A stretch of 12,868 bases of DNA, from contig JBCCQY010000214.1 of NCBI GenBank assembly GCA_039208735.1, positions 1 through 12,868 on the forward strand, given 5' to 3'. Under the pieces are notes generated by a model that saw nothing but the letters and a program-made list of their open reading frames with translations, was not told the origin of the DNA and searched no databases. Below are positions 1 through 7,536 of this stretch, one piece after another. The stretch comes from Myxococcota bacterium (lineage in GTDB: Bacteria > Myxococcota_A > UBA796 > GCA-2862545). Position 1 is the stretch's first letter, and the number at the start of each line of letters is the position of its first letter. The position numbers and the translations under genes are program-made.

Positions 1-567
1 AAGTCCCGACTGGAGCTGCCCGAAGTCTTCAAACGCACACCGCACTACGAGCTGCTCGTTGCCATCGTCGTCTGTCGACGTGCCCATGTCTTCGAGGCCT
101 GCATCGATGAGGTCGAGTTCGAGTTCATCGCGGTCGAGGCCATCGGGCTTGAGTCGGAACACCCCCATGCGTTCAAAGCCAAACGAGACCGAGCCCGTCG
201 TGGCGAGGTTGCCCCCGAGCTTGTTGAAGTAGCTGCGCAGGTTGGCCACCGTGCGGGTCGTGTTGTTCGTCGCCGTCTCGACGATCAAGGCCACGCCGTG
301 GGGGGCGTACCCTTCGTAAGTGACTTCGTCGTAGTCTTCTGCGCCTTCACCGGACGCCCGCTTGATCGCAGCTGCGACCTTGTCCTTCGGCATGTTGACC
401 GAACGGGCGTTCTGCAGCACCCGGCGCAACTGGGGGTTCGAGTCTGGGTTTGGACCAGCCGCCTTCACCGCAATCGTGATTTCTTTGTTGATGCGCGTGA
501 ACGCCTTGGCCATGCGGTCCCAACGCGCAAACATCGTGGCTTTTCGTGTCTCGAAAATCCGACCCAT
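1..567 (-). CDS. yebC: YebC/PmpR family protein (3' end runs off the window)
   Basis: Manually translated from ATG at 567; absent from the ORF track because there is no stop in the window. [71 protein letters not shown]...[41 protein letters not shown] carries the YebC motifs NMPKD, YEGYxPxGVA and TxNxxRT. Confidence 0.95.
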   Translation of the reverse strand, partial: MGRIFETRKATMFARWDRMAKAFTRINKEITIAVKAAGPNPDSNPQLRRVLQNARSVNMPKDKVAAAIKRASGEGAEDYDEVTYEGYAPHGVALIVETATNNTTRTVANLRSYFNKLGGNLATTGSVSFGFERMGVFRLKPDGLDRDELELDLIDAGLEDMGTSTDDDGNEQLVVRCAFEDFGQLQSGL

Positions 568-715
568 CGAACCCGTCCTCTGTCGCTTCGCTGTTCTCCT
601 GTAGCTCGTGGCCTCGAAGACCGCGTAAGCGTCATCACCCGTCACGGGATCTGGGATTGGAGTGGGCAACCGGGGTTGGCGTGCGCATAAAGGGCCCAAC
701 GACCGAGGAGGTCTC

Positions 716-1372
716 GTGTTCAATTTCCTGTTCAAGGACAAGGCGACCATGGTGGCCCGCGACCGTGCGCTACCCGGCCACGACACTCGCCCCTACGCGA
801 TTGGCAACGAGCACCATGTGCTGGGCACTCCCATCGAGGGTCCGTTTCCCGAGGGGATGCAGGTGGCTCAATTTGGGATGGGTTGTTTCTGGGGTGCGGA
901 GCGCAAATTCTGGCAGTTCGACGGGGTGTACAGCACTTCGGTGGGCTACGCGGCTGGCTACACGCCAAACCCGACCTACCAAGAGGTCTGCAGCGGCCAA
1001 ACGGGCCATAACGAAGTCGTGCAGGTCGTGTTCGACCCCACGAAGATTCGCTACGAACAGCTGCTGAAGACGTTCTGGGAGAACCACGACCCCACGCAGG
1101 GCATGCGCCAGGGCAATGACGTGGGCACTCAGTACCGGTCTGGGATTTACGTTCACTCCGACGAACAACGCAAGGTCGCCGAGGCGAGTCTGGCCATGTA
1201 CGCCAAGGAACTCGAGCGGGCGGGGCACGGGAGCATCACGACGGAAATTGTGGATGCCGGACCCTATTACTACGCCGAGGATTATCACCAGCAGTATCTC
1301 AGCAAGAACCCAAATGGATACTGCGGTTTAGGCGGAACTGGAGTCTCGTGTCCCGTCGGATTGGATGTCTGA
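716..1372 (+). CDS. msrA: Peptide-methionine (S)-S-oxide reductase MsrA
   Basis: Catalytic GCFWG motif, plus [37 protein letters not shown] and [29 protein letters not shown] (resolving cysteines). GTG at 716 is preceded by RBS GAGGAGG (705-711). Confidence 0.98.
   Translation: MFNFLFKDKATMVARDRALPGHDTRPYAIGNEHHVLGTPIEGPFPEGMQVAQFGMGCFWGAERKFWQFDGVYSTSVGYAAGYTPNPTYQEVCSGQTGHNEVVQVVFDPTKIRYEQLLKTFWENHDPTQGMRQGNDVGTQYRSGIYVHSDEQRKVAEASLAMYAKELERAGHGSITTEIVDAGPYYYAEDYHQQYLSKNPNGYCGLGGTGVSCPVGLDV
1285..1372 (+). repeat. Resident msrA 3' tail (attL/attB-like copy; no upstream boxes)
   Basis: 88 bp TCACCAGCAGTATCTCAGCAAGAACCC...TTGGATGTCTGA. Similarity to the downstream copies starts exactly at TCACCAG. 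Confidence 0.9.
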
Positions 1373-1731
1373 ACACATCGAACAGCGTGCCAGAGTCCGC
1401 CACTACAGCCACGTTCCAGGCCATGACCTCTGACGAACTGTCCGAACACACCAGGGCTTCCACGATTCTCCAGCGCATCCATGGGCTCATGTCGATCTCG
1501 ACTTCGCTCTACCGAAGGGTTGGACCTGGGCGTTCAATGTCGTGAGGGGCCCGTTGACAGACGAGGCTCGAACAGCGCTATGGCCGTTCGTCACCACGAT
1601 CGTCTACCAGCGGTTCTTCGTGGTTCGAACCACGTGTCGTGATGAGCGCGCATTCTGCATCGAGATCGTGTCGCGGGCACGACGGAATTCGGCTTCCATG
1701 TCGTGGTCGTGCTGATCGGGGACTGATTTCC

Positions 1732-1776
1732 TTCGAGCAAATTGATCTCTCGATTCGAGCAGTTAATCTGCCCGAC
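1732..1776 (+). promoter_or_regulatory. Putative promoter/operator of the nucleotidyltransferase operon (possibly leaderless)
   Basis: Imperfect direct repeat TTCGAGCAAATTGATCT / TTCGAGCAGTTAATCT. TTGATC (1742-1747) is 16 bp from TAATCT (1764-1769), and ATG lies 7 nt further with no SD. The segment is also conserved in the relic at 9319-9360. Confidence 0.5.
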
Positions 1777-2346
1777 ATGTACAACAATGCCGAGCTGGAC
1801 GAGGCGCTCACAGCGCTGGGCGAAATCCTGGCAGACCGAGGTGAGACCTTCGACATCGTCGTGATCGGAGGTGGAGCCCTGTTGCTCCTCGGCCTGGTCG
1901 AACGCGCCACCAAGGACCTGGACGTGCTCGCCCGGATCGAAGGTGATGCTTGGGTTCGAGCCGAGCCGTTCCCGCCCGCACTCGAAGCCGCCGTCCATGA
2001 CGTCGCTGCCGCATTGGATCTGTCGGACGACTGGCTGAACCCAGGCCCCACCGATCTCCTCGACTTCGGACTGCCGAGCGGGTTCGCAGACCGCGTCTTC
2101 TCGGGCCTCACGGTCCGACTGGCATCGCGTGATGATCAAGTCGCGTTCAAGCTCTACGCCGCCGCAGATCAGTGGCCGAGCGAGAGCCGTCATCTGTCCG
2201 ATCTTCGAGCGCTCGCTCCGACCCGCGAGGAGTTGTTGGCCGCCGCCCGCTGGTGCCGTACGCACGATCCGTCGAGCGGGTTTCGCAATGTACTCCTGCT
2301 GCCCGTGCTCACGGCCCTTGGGGTCGAGGATGCCGACGATGTCTAG
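1777..2346 (+). CDS. Nucleotidyltransferase, DUF6036/AbiEii-like (putative TA component)
   Basis: VVIGGGALLLLGLVERATKDLDVL (GG..A...R.T.D.D pol-beta-type NTase motif), WLNPGP and KLYAAAD. Start chosen at ATG 1777 after the putative -10. Confidence 0.8.
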   Translation: MYNNAELDEALTALGEILADRGETFDIVVIGGGALLLLGLVERATKDLDVLARIEGDAWVRAEPFPPALEAAVHDVAAALDLSDDWLNPGPTDLLDFGLPSGFADRVFSGLTVRLASRDDQVAFKLYAAADQWPSESRHLSDLRALAPTREELLAAARWCRTHDPSSGFRNVLLLPVLTALGVEDADDV

Positions 2347-3277
2347 CGAGCGCATTCGAGCGGCCGTACGCGACCTCTGGTGGAGCGCCTTCACGGAGCT
2401 GGGCGTTCCGGGCGTCGTCCGTCATCACCAGGATGTAGCTATCGACCCGGAGCCGCTGGTCGTCACGGCTCCCGGCATCTTCGGTCTCGATGCGCGTCTG
2501 CGCGATCAGATTTATGCGTGGTGTGCGACCCACGGATCGAAGCTCTCCGCCAGCCGGCTACAGGGCCTGGCCCGCCAGCTCGGCGCCGGAGCGCAATCCG
2601 ACTTTGCGAGCTTCGCGGCGACGCTACGAGCAGAGGCCGACGTCAGGTGGTCGGTCGCAGGCGAGCCCTGGCCCCACCCTCCTGAGGTCCGTCCGCCGCG
2701 ACTGCCACTCGAACGACCTGCGCTGATCAGACTGCGGCTCCGGGCGCTCTGTGGCGTGGGAGCCCGAGCTGACGTACTGTGCGAGCTGCTGCCGAAGGGC
2801 GACTGGGTGCGAGCCGCTGATCTGGCTTCGGAGGGCTACTCCAAGCGCTCCATCGCGAACATTCTCGCGGAGCTGGCCGCCGCCAACATCGCTCGGAGCA
2901 GGCCCGTGGGGAACGCGATCGTGTATCGGCTGGGGCATGCCGATCTCCTCGGGCAGCTCGTCGGACCGCGCCCCTCTGCGTTTCCGAGGTGGCGCCAGGT
3001 GGTCGCTCTCGCGCTGGAGGCCACCCGCTTGGCGGAGCTGGAGGCCAAGCCGGCGACAGTGCGACGGGTCGAAGCGACGCGTGTCCGCGAGAACCTCGCC
3101 CAGACGGCGTCCGAGCTGGGAGTGGCCGAACCGCCTCCGACTCGCGGCCATCCCGATGGATGGGCAAGGCTCGTCGAGTGGTGCGCAGACCAAGTGGAGA
3201 CCTTTGCATGTGGAGCCTCGGTCGCCATGCAGCCAACATCGTCGTCGGTCGAGCCCGGACAGGAAGAACGAGCCTGA
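2339..3277 (+). CDS. Conserved HTH-containing protein, partner of the nucleotidyltransferase (putative antitoxin/regulator)
   Basis: Overlaps the NTase stop (ATGTCTAG) and has GAGG upstream. LWWSAFTELGV...IDPEPL N-terminus; central wHTH-like segment RLRALCGVGARADVLCELL...RAADLASEGYSKRSIANILAELAAANIARSRPVGNAIVYRL. Confidence 0.7.
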   Translation: MSSERIRAAVRDLWWSAFTELGVPGVVRHHQDVAIDPEPLVVTAPGIFGLDARLRDQIYAWCATHGSKLSASRLQGLARQLGAGAQSDFASFAATLRAEADVRWSVAGEPWPHPPEVRPPRLPLERPALIRLRLRALCGVGARADVLCELLPKGDWVRAADLASEGYSKRSIANILAELAAANIARSRPVGNAIVYRLGHADLLGQLVGPRPSAFPRWRQVVALALEATRLAELEAKPATVRRVEATRVRENLAQTASELGVAEPPPTRGHPDGWARLVEWCADQVETFACGASVAMQPTSSSVEPGQEERA

Positions 3278-3284
3278 CGACGCT

Positions 3285-3442
3285 TTGGACACTTCGCCGG
3301 GTTCCTTGGACACTTCGCTGGATAGTCGGCCTTAAACCTGGCCCAGGAGTACTGTCACCAGCAGCATCTCAGCAAGAACCCAAATGGATACTGCGGTTTG
3401 GGCGGAACTGGAGTCTCGTGTCCGGTGGGGTTGGACACTTGA
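3285..3442 (+). repeat. Composite att-like site R1 (two boxes + core + msrA tail)
   Basis: TTGGACACTTCGC at 3285 and 3306; core GTACTG-TCACCAG-CAGCAT with TCACCAG at 3355; tail encodes [28 protein letters not shown]. Confidence 0.95.
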
Positions 3443-3455
3443 CTGACGCTGCCGC

Positions 3456-3643
3456 CTACGTGGGGCCTGCTTTCGTATGGTGCGCCTGATCTGGGTGACT
3501 TGGGAGAGCCGGGTACTTTCGCTCCAGCTGCCCAGCCTCGAGGGTTGTGACGGTTCGGGAAAGCGCGGAGGCGATTTGCTGGGGAGTCCGACATGGTCCT
3601 GAACAGAGACTCAGGATCGCAGCCTCGACCTCCGAGCGCGGCG
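3456..3643 (-). pseudogene. C-terminal remnant of a wHTH-tailed ATP-binding/AlbA-type or Fic-like protein
   Basis: RTPRSEVEAAILSLCSGPCRTPQQIASALSRTVTTLEAGQLERKYPALPSHPDQAHHT resembles the 'IL.LC....T..EIA..L.R....L.R.YP..P.HP.Q.Y' C-terminus. It has no start of its own and is fused to another relic. Confidence 0.55.
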
Positions 3644-3819
3644 TCCGGATCCTCACCGATAGAGCGCACCTGTCCAGAAGCTCTTTGGTCCTCGTCTCCA
3701 GCTCGAAAGCCCACAACGCGTTCGGCCCTCCCCAGTTGTTGGGGTCGGTGACCGAACCGCCCGGCGCGATCCATCCCCCGGGATCTTGCACCGCGTACGA
3801 CTCGATGAAGTCGTCACTG
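3644..3819 (-). pseudogene. Relic of the 3' end of the hypothetical gene at 7579-8313
   Basis: Aligns with 7570-7747 (SDDFIE.YAVQ.PGGW.APGGSVTDPNNWGGP.ALWAFELET). It is 176 vs 178 bp, so a 2-bp deletion frameshifts it, and the 5' part is absent. Confidence 0.9.
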
Positions 3820-3834
3820 TCACGTCGTGGGAAC

Positions 3835-4257
3835 TCACTCCCCTGCATCCAGGTCCTTGGCAAGGACCAAACCGTGTGGCACGTAGCTCGGCACCCAGGA
3901 GTCCTCTGACAACAGTGGAAGTCCCTCGCTCAGGGCCTGTGCGACGAGCATCCGATCAAAGGGGTCCCGATGACCTCCCTCTGGATAAGGCAGCACCGCC
4001 ACGCGCTCGGCATGCGCTCGCCTCACATCGAGAATCGTGTAGCCACGGGCTGCAACCTCACGCGCGAAGAAGTCGGCTGGGGAGACGGGGAGCGGAAGCT
4101 TCCCGATCCCGTACTTGATGCTGATCTCCCACAGTGAGGCAACGCTCACGACCAAAACGTTCCTGCGATCTCGAAATAGGGCCCGGGTGGCGCCTCGAAG
4201 CCGAGGATCCCCAATCGCCGCCCATAGCAGAACGTGCGTATCGAGGAGGATTCTCAT
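3835..4257 (-). CDS. vapC: VapC-family PIN domain toxin (Sll0205-like)
   Basis: MRILLDTHVLLW...VSVASLWEISIKYGIGKL...HRDPFDRMLVAQAL.EGLPLLSED; 4-bp ATGA overlap with the upstream antitoxin. Confidence 0.93.
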   Translation of the reverse strand: MRILLDTHVLLWAAIGDPRLRGATRALFRDRRNVLVVSVASLWEISIKYGIGKLPLPVSPADFFAREVAARGYTILDVRRAHAERVAVLPYPEGGHRDPFDRMLVAQALSEGLPLLSEDSWVPSYVPHGLVLAKDLDAGE

Positions 4258-4508
4258 CGATAGTCCGCGAAGTCGTCGAGAGGATCATCCCAGTCCTCCG
4301 GGAGAACGAAAGACCACCCGCCAATAGGACGATGAGCATCCTCGGCGGACGAATGGGCAGGCCCCTCGACCAGTCGTCGAGCCTGTGCAACGAGCGTGTC
4401 CGTGACGAACGCAGTCAGTGTCGAGTTGGTGAGTCGGGCGGCACGCTCGATCAGCTCCTTCTTTTCCGGCGAGATCCGCAGCTCCAGACGCGCGGTAGAG
4501 CCTGGCAC
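4254..4508 (-). CDS. Antitoxin: DUF1778-like RHH N-terminus with an acidic VapB-type tail
   Basis: TARLELRISPEKKELIERAARLTNSTLTAFV is DUF1778/TacA-like; the C-terminus is RPIGGWSFVLPEDWDDPLDDFADYR. GTG start with RBS AAGGAGG. Confidence 0.85.
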   Translation of the reverse strand: MPGSTARLELRISPEKKELIERAARLTNSTLTAFVTDTLVAQARRLVEGPAHSSAEDAHRPIGGWSFVLPEDWDDPLDDFADYR

Positions 4509-4517
4509 GAGGCCTCC

Positions 4518-4542
4518 TTGTACGGCAATGCCAGCCGTACAA
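4518..4542. promoter_or_regulatory. Palindromic operator upstream of the antitoxin
   Basis: Perfect inverted repeat TTGTACGGC-N7-GCCGTACAA abutting the RBS. Resembles the TGTACGG...CCGTACA operators of KacA/AtaR-type DUF1778 RHH antitoxins. Confidence 0.8.
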
Positions 4543-4589
4543 TCAGGCTAGCACGCTCGACGGCAGGCGGGAAGGGCCGGGAATCGGTC

Positions 4590-4747
4590 TTGGACACTTC
4601 GCCAGATCTCTTAGACACTTCGCTCGATAGTATGGTTCAAAACTGACTTGGGAATACTGTCACCAGCAGTATCTAAGCAAAAACCCAAACGGCTACTGTG
4701 GTTTGGGCGGAACCGGTGTATCCTGCCCAGTAGGTCTGGACGTCTGA
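4590..4747 (+). repeat. Composite att-like site R2
   Basis: Boxes at 4590 and 4611; perfect core ATACTG-TCACCAG-CAGTAT (4654-4672). The tail encodes [28 protein letters not shown], identical in protein to MsrA despite 16 nucleotide differences. Confidence 0.95.
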
Positions 4748-4798
4748 CGGCGACGACCGAGAACCGCAGGAGCTGCGACCTGAGAGAGGAGTGAGCGC

Positions 4799-5299
4799 GT
4801 GAATCCGGCAACCAAGGTTGTCTTGCGCTACATCTTTCCATCCGAGGTCGAAGTCGCGTCGGATGTCACCATCGTCCGCTCGGACTCCCATCTGCCCGCC
4901 TGGCTGCGCGACGCCAACCCTGGCGGGTGGCATCCCATCGAGTGGGACGAGCTGCTCGATGGACGCCTCGGTCCCTGGGCAATGGTCGTGGATTGCGAGC
5001 GAGTCATTTCGATCGCCCACACGCCGGTTCCCATGACCGACGAGGTCGCAGAGTGCGGCGTATGGACCAAGCCCGGCTCGCGCGGTCGGGGCCATGCAAC
5101 GGCGAGCGCCTCGATGTGGGCCGAGGTCCTTCGACCGTCGGGTCGGCGCCTCGTCTATCGAACGACCGAAGACAACCTTTCCTCTCGGCGCGTCGCCGAG
5201 AGGCTACGGCTGCGTCTCGTCAGCCGCACCGAGGAGCCTCGCGACGACCACGTCAGCAACCTGCACCCGCTCAGCTCGGTCCGGCAGGTCAGCGAGTAG
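4799..5299 (+). CDS. GNAT family N-acetyltransferase
   Basis: AECGVWTKPGSRGRGHATA (acetyl-CoA binding motif A) and YRTTEDNLSSRRVAERL (motif B). GAGGAG lies upstream of the GTG. Confidence 0.85.
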   Translation: MNPATKVVLRYIFPSEVEVASDVTIVRSDSHLPAWLRDANPGGWHPIEWDELLDGRLGPWAMVVDCERVISIAHTPVPMTDEVAECGVWTKPGSRGRGHATASASMWAEVLRPSGRRLVYRTTEDNLSSRRVAERLRLRLVSRTEEPRDDHVSNLHPLSSVRQVSE

Positions 5300-5377
5300 C
5301 GCCTCGACTGCCGACGCCCTGACGACGATCGCGCGTACCCGCACGCCGCGCTACGCTCGGGCTTGTGGAGGCCAGAG

Positions 5378-5596
5378 ATGGTGGACTTAATCATCGTCGA
5401 CCCTGACATCATGCGCGGCAAGCCCGTAGTCGGCGGCACACGCGTGACCGTCGAGTACATCCTCGACCAGCTCGGGCACGGGCACTCGATCGACGAACTC
5501 CTCCAGGGGCACCCCCGGCTGACCCGGGAAGGCATCGAGGCTGCAGTTCAGTACGCCATCGACGCGCTGCGCATGGAACGCGTGGTTGCACGTTGA
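5378..5596 (+). CDS. DUF433 domain antitoxin-like protein
   Basis: IIVDPDIMRGKPVVGGTRVTVEYILDQLGHGHSIDELLQGHPRLTREGIEAAVQYA; RBS GGAGG at 5367-5371. Confidence 0.93.
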   Translation: MVDLIIVDPDIMRGKPVVGGTRVTVEYILDQLGHGHSIDELLQGHPRLTREGIEAAVQYAIDALRMERVVAR

Positions 5597-5955
5597 ACAT
5601 TGTCGCCGACGAGAACCTGCACCGGGGCATCGCGGATCGCCTTACCACCGACGGACACGACGTCGTTCATGTTGGCGACTTGTCACCAGCGATCACAGAC
5701 ATCGAAGTTCTGCGTCTGACCGTGGAGCGAGAAGCGTTGATGATCACCAACGACCTCGACTTCGGAGAGCTGGTGTTTCGTGGAGCTGCGAGCCATGCGG
5801 GTGTCCTGTTGGTTCGCTTGGCTGACATGGCGTTCGAGGACCAAGCGGAGTTGGTCTCGACGACAGTTACCGATCACGGAGAGGCCCTCGAAGGCGCGTT
5901 CTCCGTTCTGACCGCGCGCAAGCTGCGAATTCGCGGTGGGTCAGCCGGATCATGA
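5593..5955 (+). CDS. DUF5615 family PIN-like protein (VapC45-like toxin)
   Basis: IVADENL...GHDVVHV...DIEVLRL...LMITNDLDFGELVF...HAGVLLVRL; TTG start overlaps the DUF433 stop. Confidence 0.9.
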   Translation: MNIVADENLHRGIADRLTTDGHDVVHVGDLSPAITDIEVLRLTVEREALMITNDLDFGELVFRGAASHAGVLLVRLADMAFEDQAELVSTTVTDHGEALEGAFSVLTARKLRIRGGSAGS

Positions 5956-5981
5956 GCCTTGGGCCGCGCAGTGATGCCGGT

Positions 5982-6067
5982 TTGGACACTTCGCCGGACC
6001 CCTTAGACACTTCGCCAGATAGCGGCCTTCGAACCTGCACCAGGAAAACTGACACCAGCAGTCTAAG
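5982..6067 (+). repeat. Composite att-like site R3 (msrA tail deleted)
   Basis: Boxes at 5982 and 6003; degenerate core AAACTG-ACACCAG-CAGTCT at +70 (6052). Similarity to msrA ends after about 15 bp. Confidence 0.88.
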
Positions 6068-6116
6068 GACTTCCACCTGGAGCGTTCGGGAAGAGCCTGG
6101 AAGCGAGCATCGGCTG

Positions 6117-7532
6117 TTACGTCACCTTGACTTGCCAAACCGCGCGTGGGTCCTTGGTTGAATTCCCCACCCATTCGATTAGACCCACCTCTTGCAACGC
6201 CCGGAGCCTCCGCAACAGGGTCGGCCTGGAGACGCCCGTCTGCTCCACGAGAGCCCCCGTACCGGCCGGGCCTTCTCGGAGCACCCGGAGGAGGTCGCGC
6301 TCTTCTCGGGGAAGTCGCCCCTCCAGTTCGACGTCGATGGGCTCGGAGGACAGGACCAGGCGCACGGAACCGGCCGTCTGGTAGTAGCGGGGCTCCACGA
6401 GGCCCGCGAGACGCATCTCCTCGAAGATGCGTCGAATGCCCTCCCCCAACTCCTGTCCGAAATCGAGATCAGCGCAGACACGGGCGATCCTTGGATTTCG
6501 AGCGAAGCGCGAGATCCCGACCGGATCGTTGAGGTCCACGAGCCCGGGAAACCTCCCCGGACTCTCGACTTCGATCCGGTCATCGAAGATCTCGATCCGG
6601 ATGTGGTCGCCCGCTACGCTGTAGGCGCGGTGAACAACGGCATTGACGAGCCCTTCCAACCACGCGTCGCGAGGGACCACCCCGATGGAGTCGAAGCGGC
6701 CGGCGGTCGTCATGGCCCGACGCGTCGGAACGAGTGCTTCGATCGCTCGCCGGGCGTCTTCGAGCATCTTCGGGATCGGCCCCTCGAAGTGCCGATCCTC
6801 AGCGAGTTGCTGCCGACTGCCTGCGCCTCGCTCTCGACCACGGTACCGGAGCACCCTGACGCGAGCCTCGGGTAGGAGCCGCTGGGGATGGTTCCCGAAG
6901 AGGAGCCAGCCGGCCACGGTGACCCGTCCGTCGGACTTGAGGAGTCCCCGCGCTACGAGGAGCCGCCTCGCATCTGGATGGCCGACGGCCTCGGCATACT
7001 CGCGGAGCAGCTCGATCGAGAGATCCGAGAATGCCGCTCCGTCGATCGGGTTGACCTCGAAGCTCGCCTGTCCCTTCTCGTAGAGCAGCTCCAGACGTTG
7101 CGAAAAGGTCAGGCGCCGGTTCTCGTCACCGACACGCAGCAAGACGTCGTCCTTGACGGTCGCATGAACCTGGGTGCTGGGGTCGACCCTGACGACAACG
7201 AGGTGATTGGCCTGCCCCTTCGCATCGATACACGCGATCTTCGAGAAGCTGGAACGGAGAGGAGGAACCGCGAAGTCGAACGTCGCCTGACGCCACGCGT
7301 TCTCTGCCTGTGCTCCGACGTGGTCCGTTCCTTCGATACGCCCCGAGGATAAGCCGATGACGAGGTGTCCTCCCTCGGCATTGGCCATCGCGATCGCTGC
7401 TTCGGCCAGCTCTCGGGCACCGATGCGAGCACTCTTGCGATCGAACCACTGGTTCTCGGTGAGAGAGAGGGTGGCGAGGCCGACTTCATCCGGTGGAAGG
7501 GCGAGGGCTCGGCGGACGCGGGCGGTGGACAT
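6117..7532 (-). CDS. Schlafen/AlbA_2 domain + HATPase_c_4 (RecG-C-like) + C-terminal wHTH protein
   Basis: ENQWFDRKS...AMANAEGGHLVIG (AlbA_2); EGLVNAVVHRAYS...IEIFDDRIEVESPG...RNPRIA...QELGEGIRRI (HATPase_c_4); GVSRPTLLRRLRALQEVGLIEWVG (wHTH). Confidence 0.92.
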   Translation of the reverse strand: MSTARVRRALALPPDEVGLATLSLTENQWFDRKSARIGARELAEAAIAMANAEGGHLVIGLSSGRIEGTDHVGAQAENAWRQATFDFAVPPLRSSFSKIACIDAKGQANHLVVVRVDPSTQVHATVKDDVLLRVGDENRRLTFSQRLELLYEKGQASFEVNPIDGAAFSDLSIELLREYAEAVGHPDARRLLVARGLLKSDGRVTVAGWLLFGNHPQRLLPEARVRVLRYRGRERGAGSRQQLAEDRHFEGPIPKMLEDARRAIEALVPTRRAMTTAGRFDSIGVVPRDAWLEGLVNAVVHRAYSVAGDHIRIEIFDDRIEVESPGRFPGLVDLNDPVGISRFARNPRIARVCADLDFGQELGEGIRRIFEEMRLAGLVEPRYYQTAGSVRLVLSSEPIDVELEGRLPREERDLLRVLREGPAGTGALVEQTGVSRPTLLRRLRALQEVGLIEWVGNSTKDPRAVWQVKVT

Positions 7533-7536
7533 GAAA

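Noticed and set aside
298..690. Plus-strand ORFs 298-690 and 362-604
   Set aside because: Antisense shadows of yebC.
1373..1730. Short ORFs or gene fragments after msrA, and the 16-bp palindrome CGTGGTTCGAACCACG (1619-1634) resembling a tRNA T-arm
   Set aside because: No recognisable protein family and no cloverleaf; possibly decayed cargo but not supportable.
4799..5299. GNAT as the cognate toxin of the DUF1778-like antitoxin
   Set aside because: It is divergently oriented, separated by site R2, and does not resemble TacT/AtaT toxins; the antitoxin is coupled to vapC.
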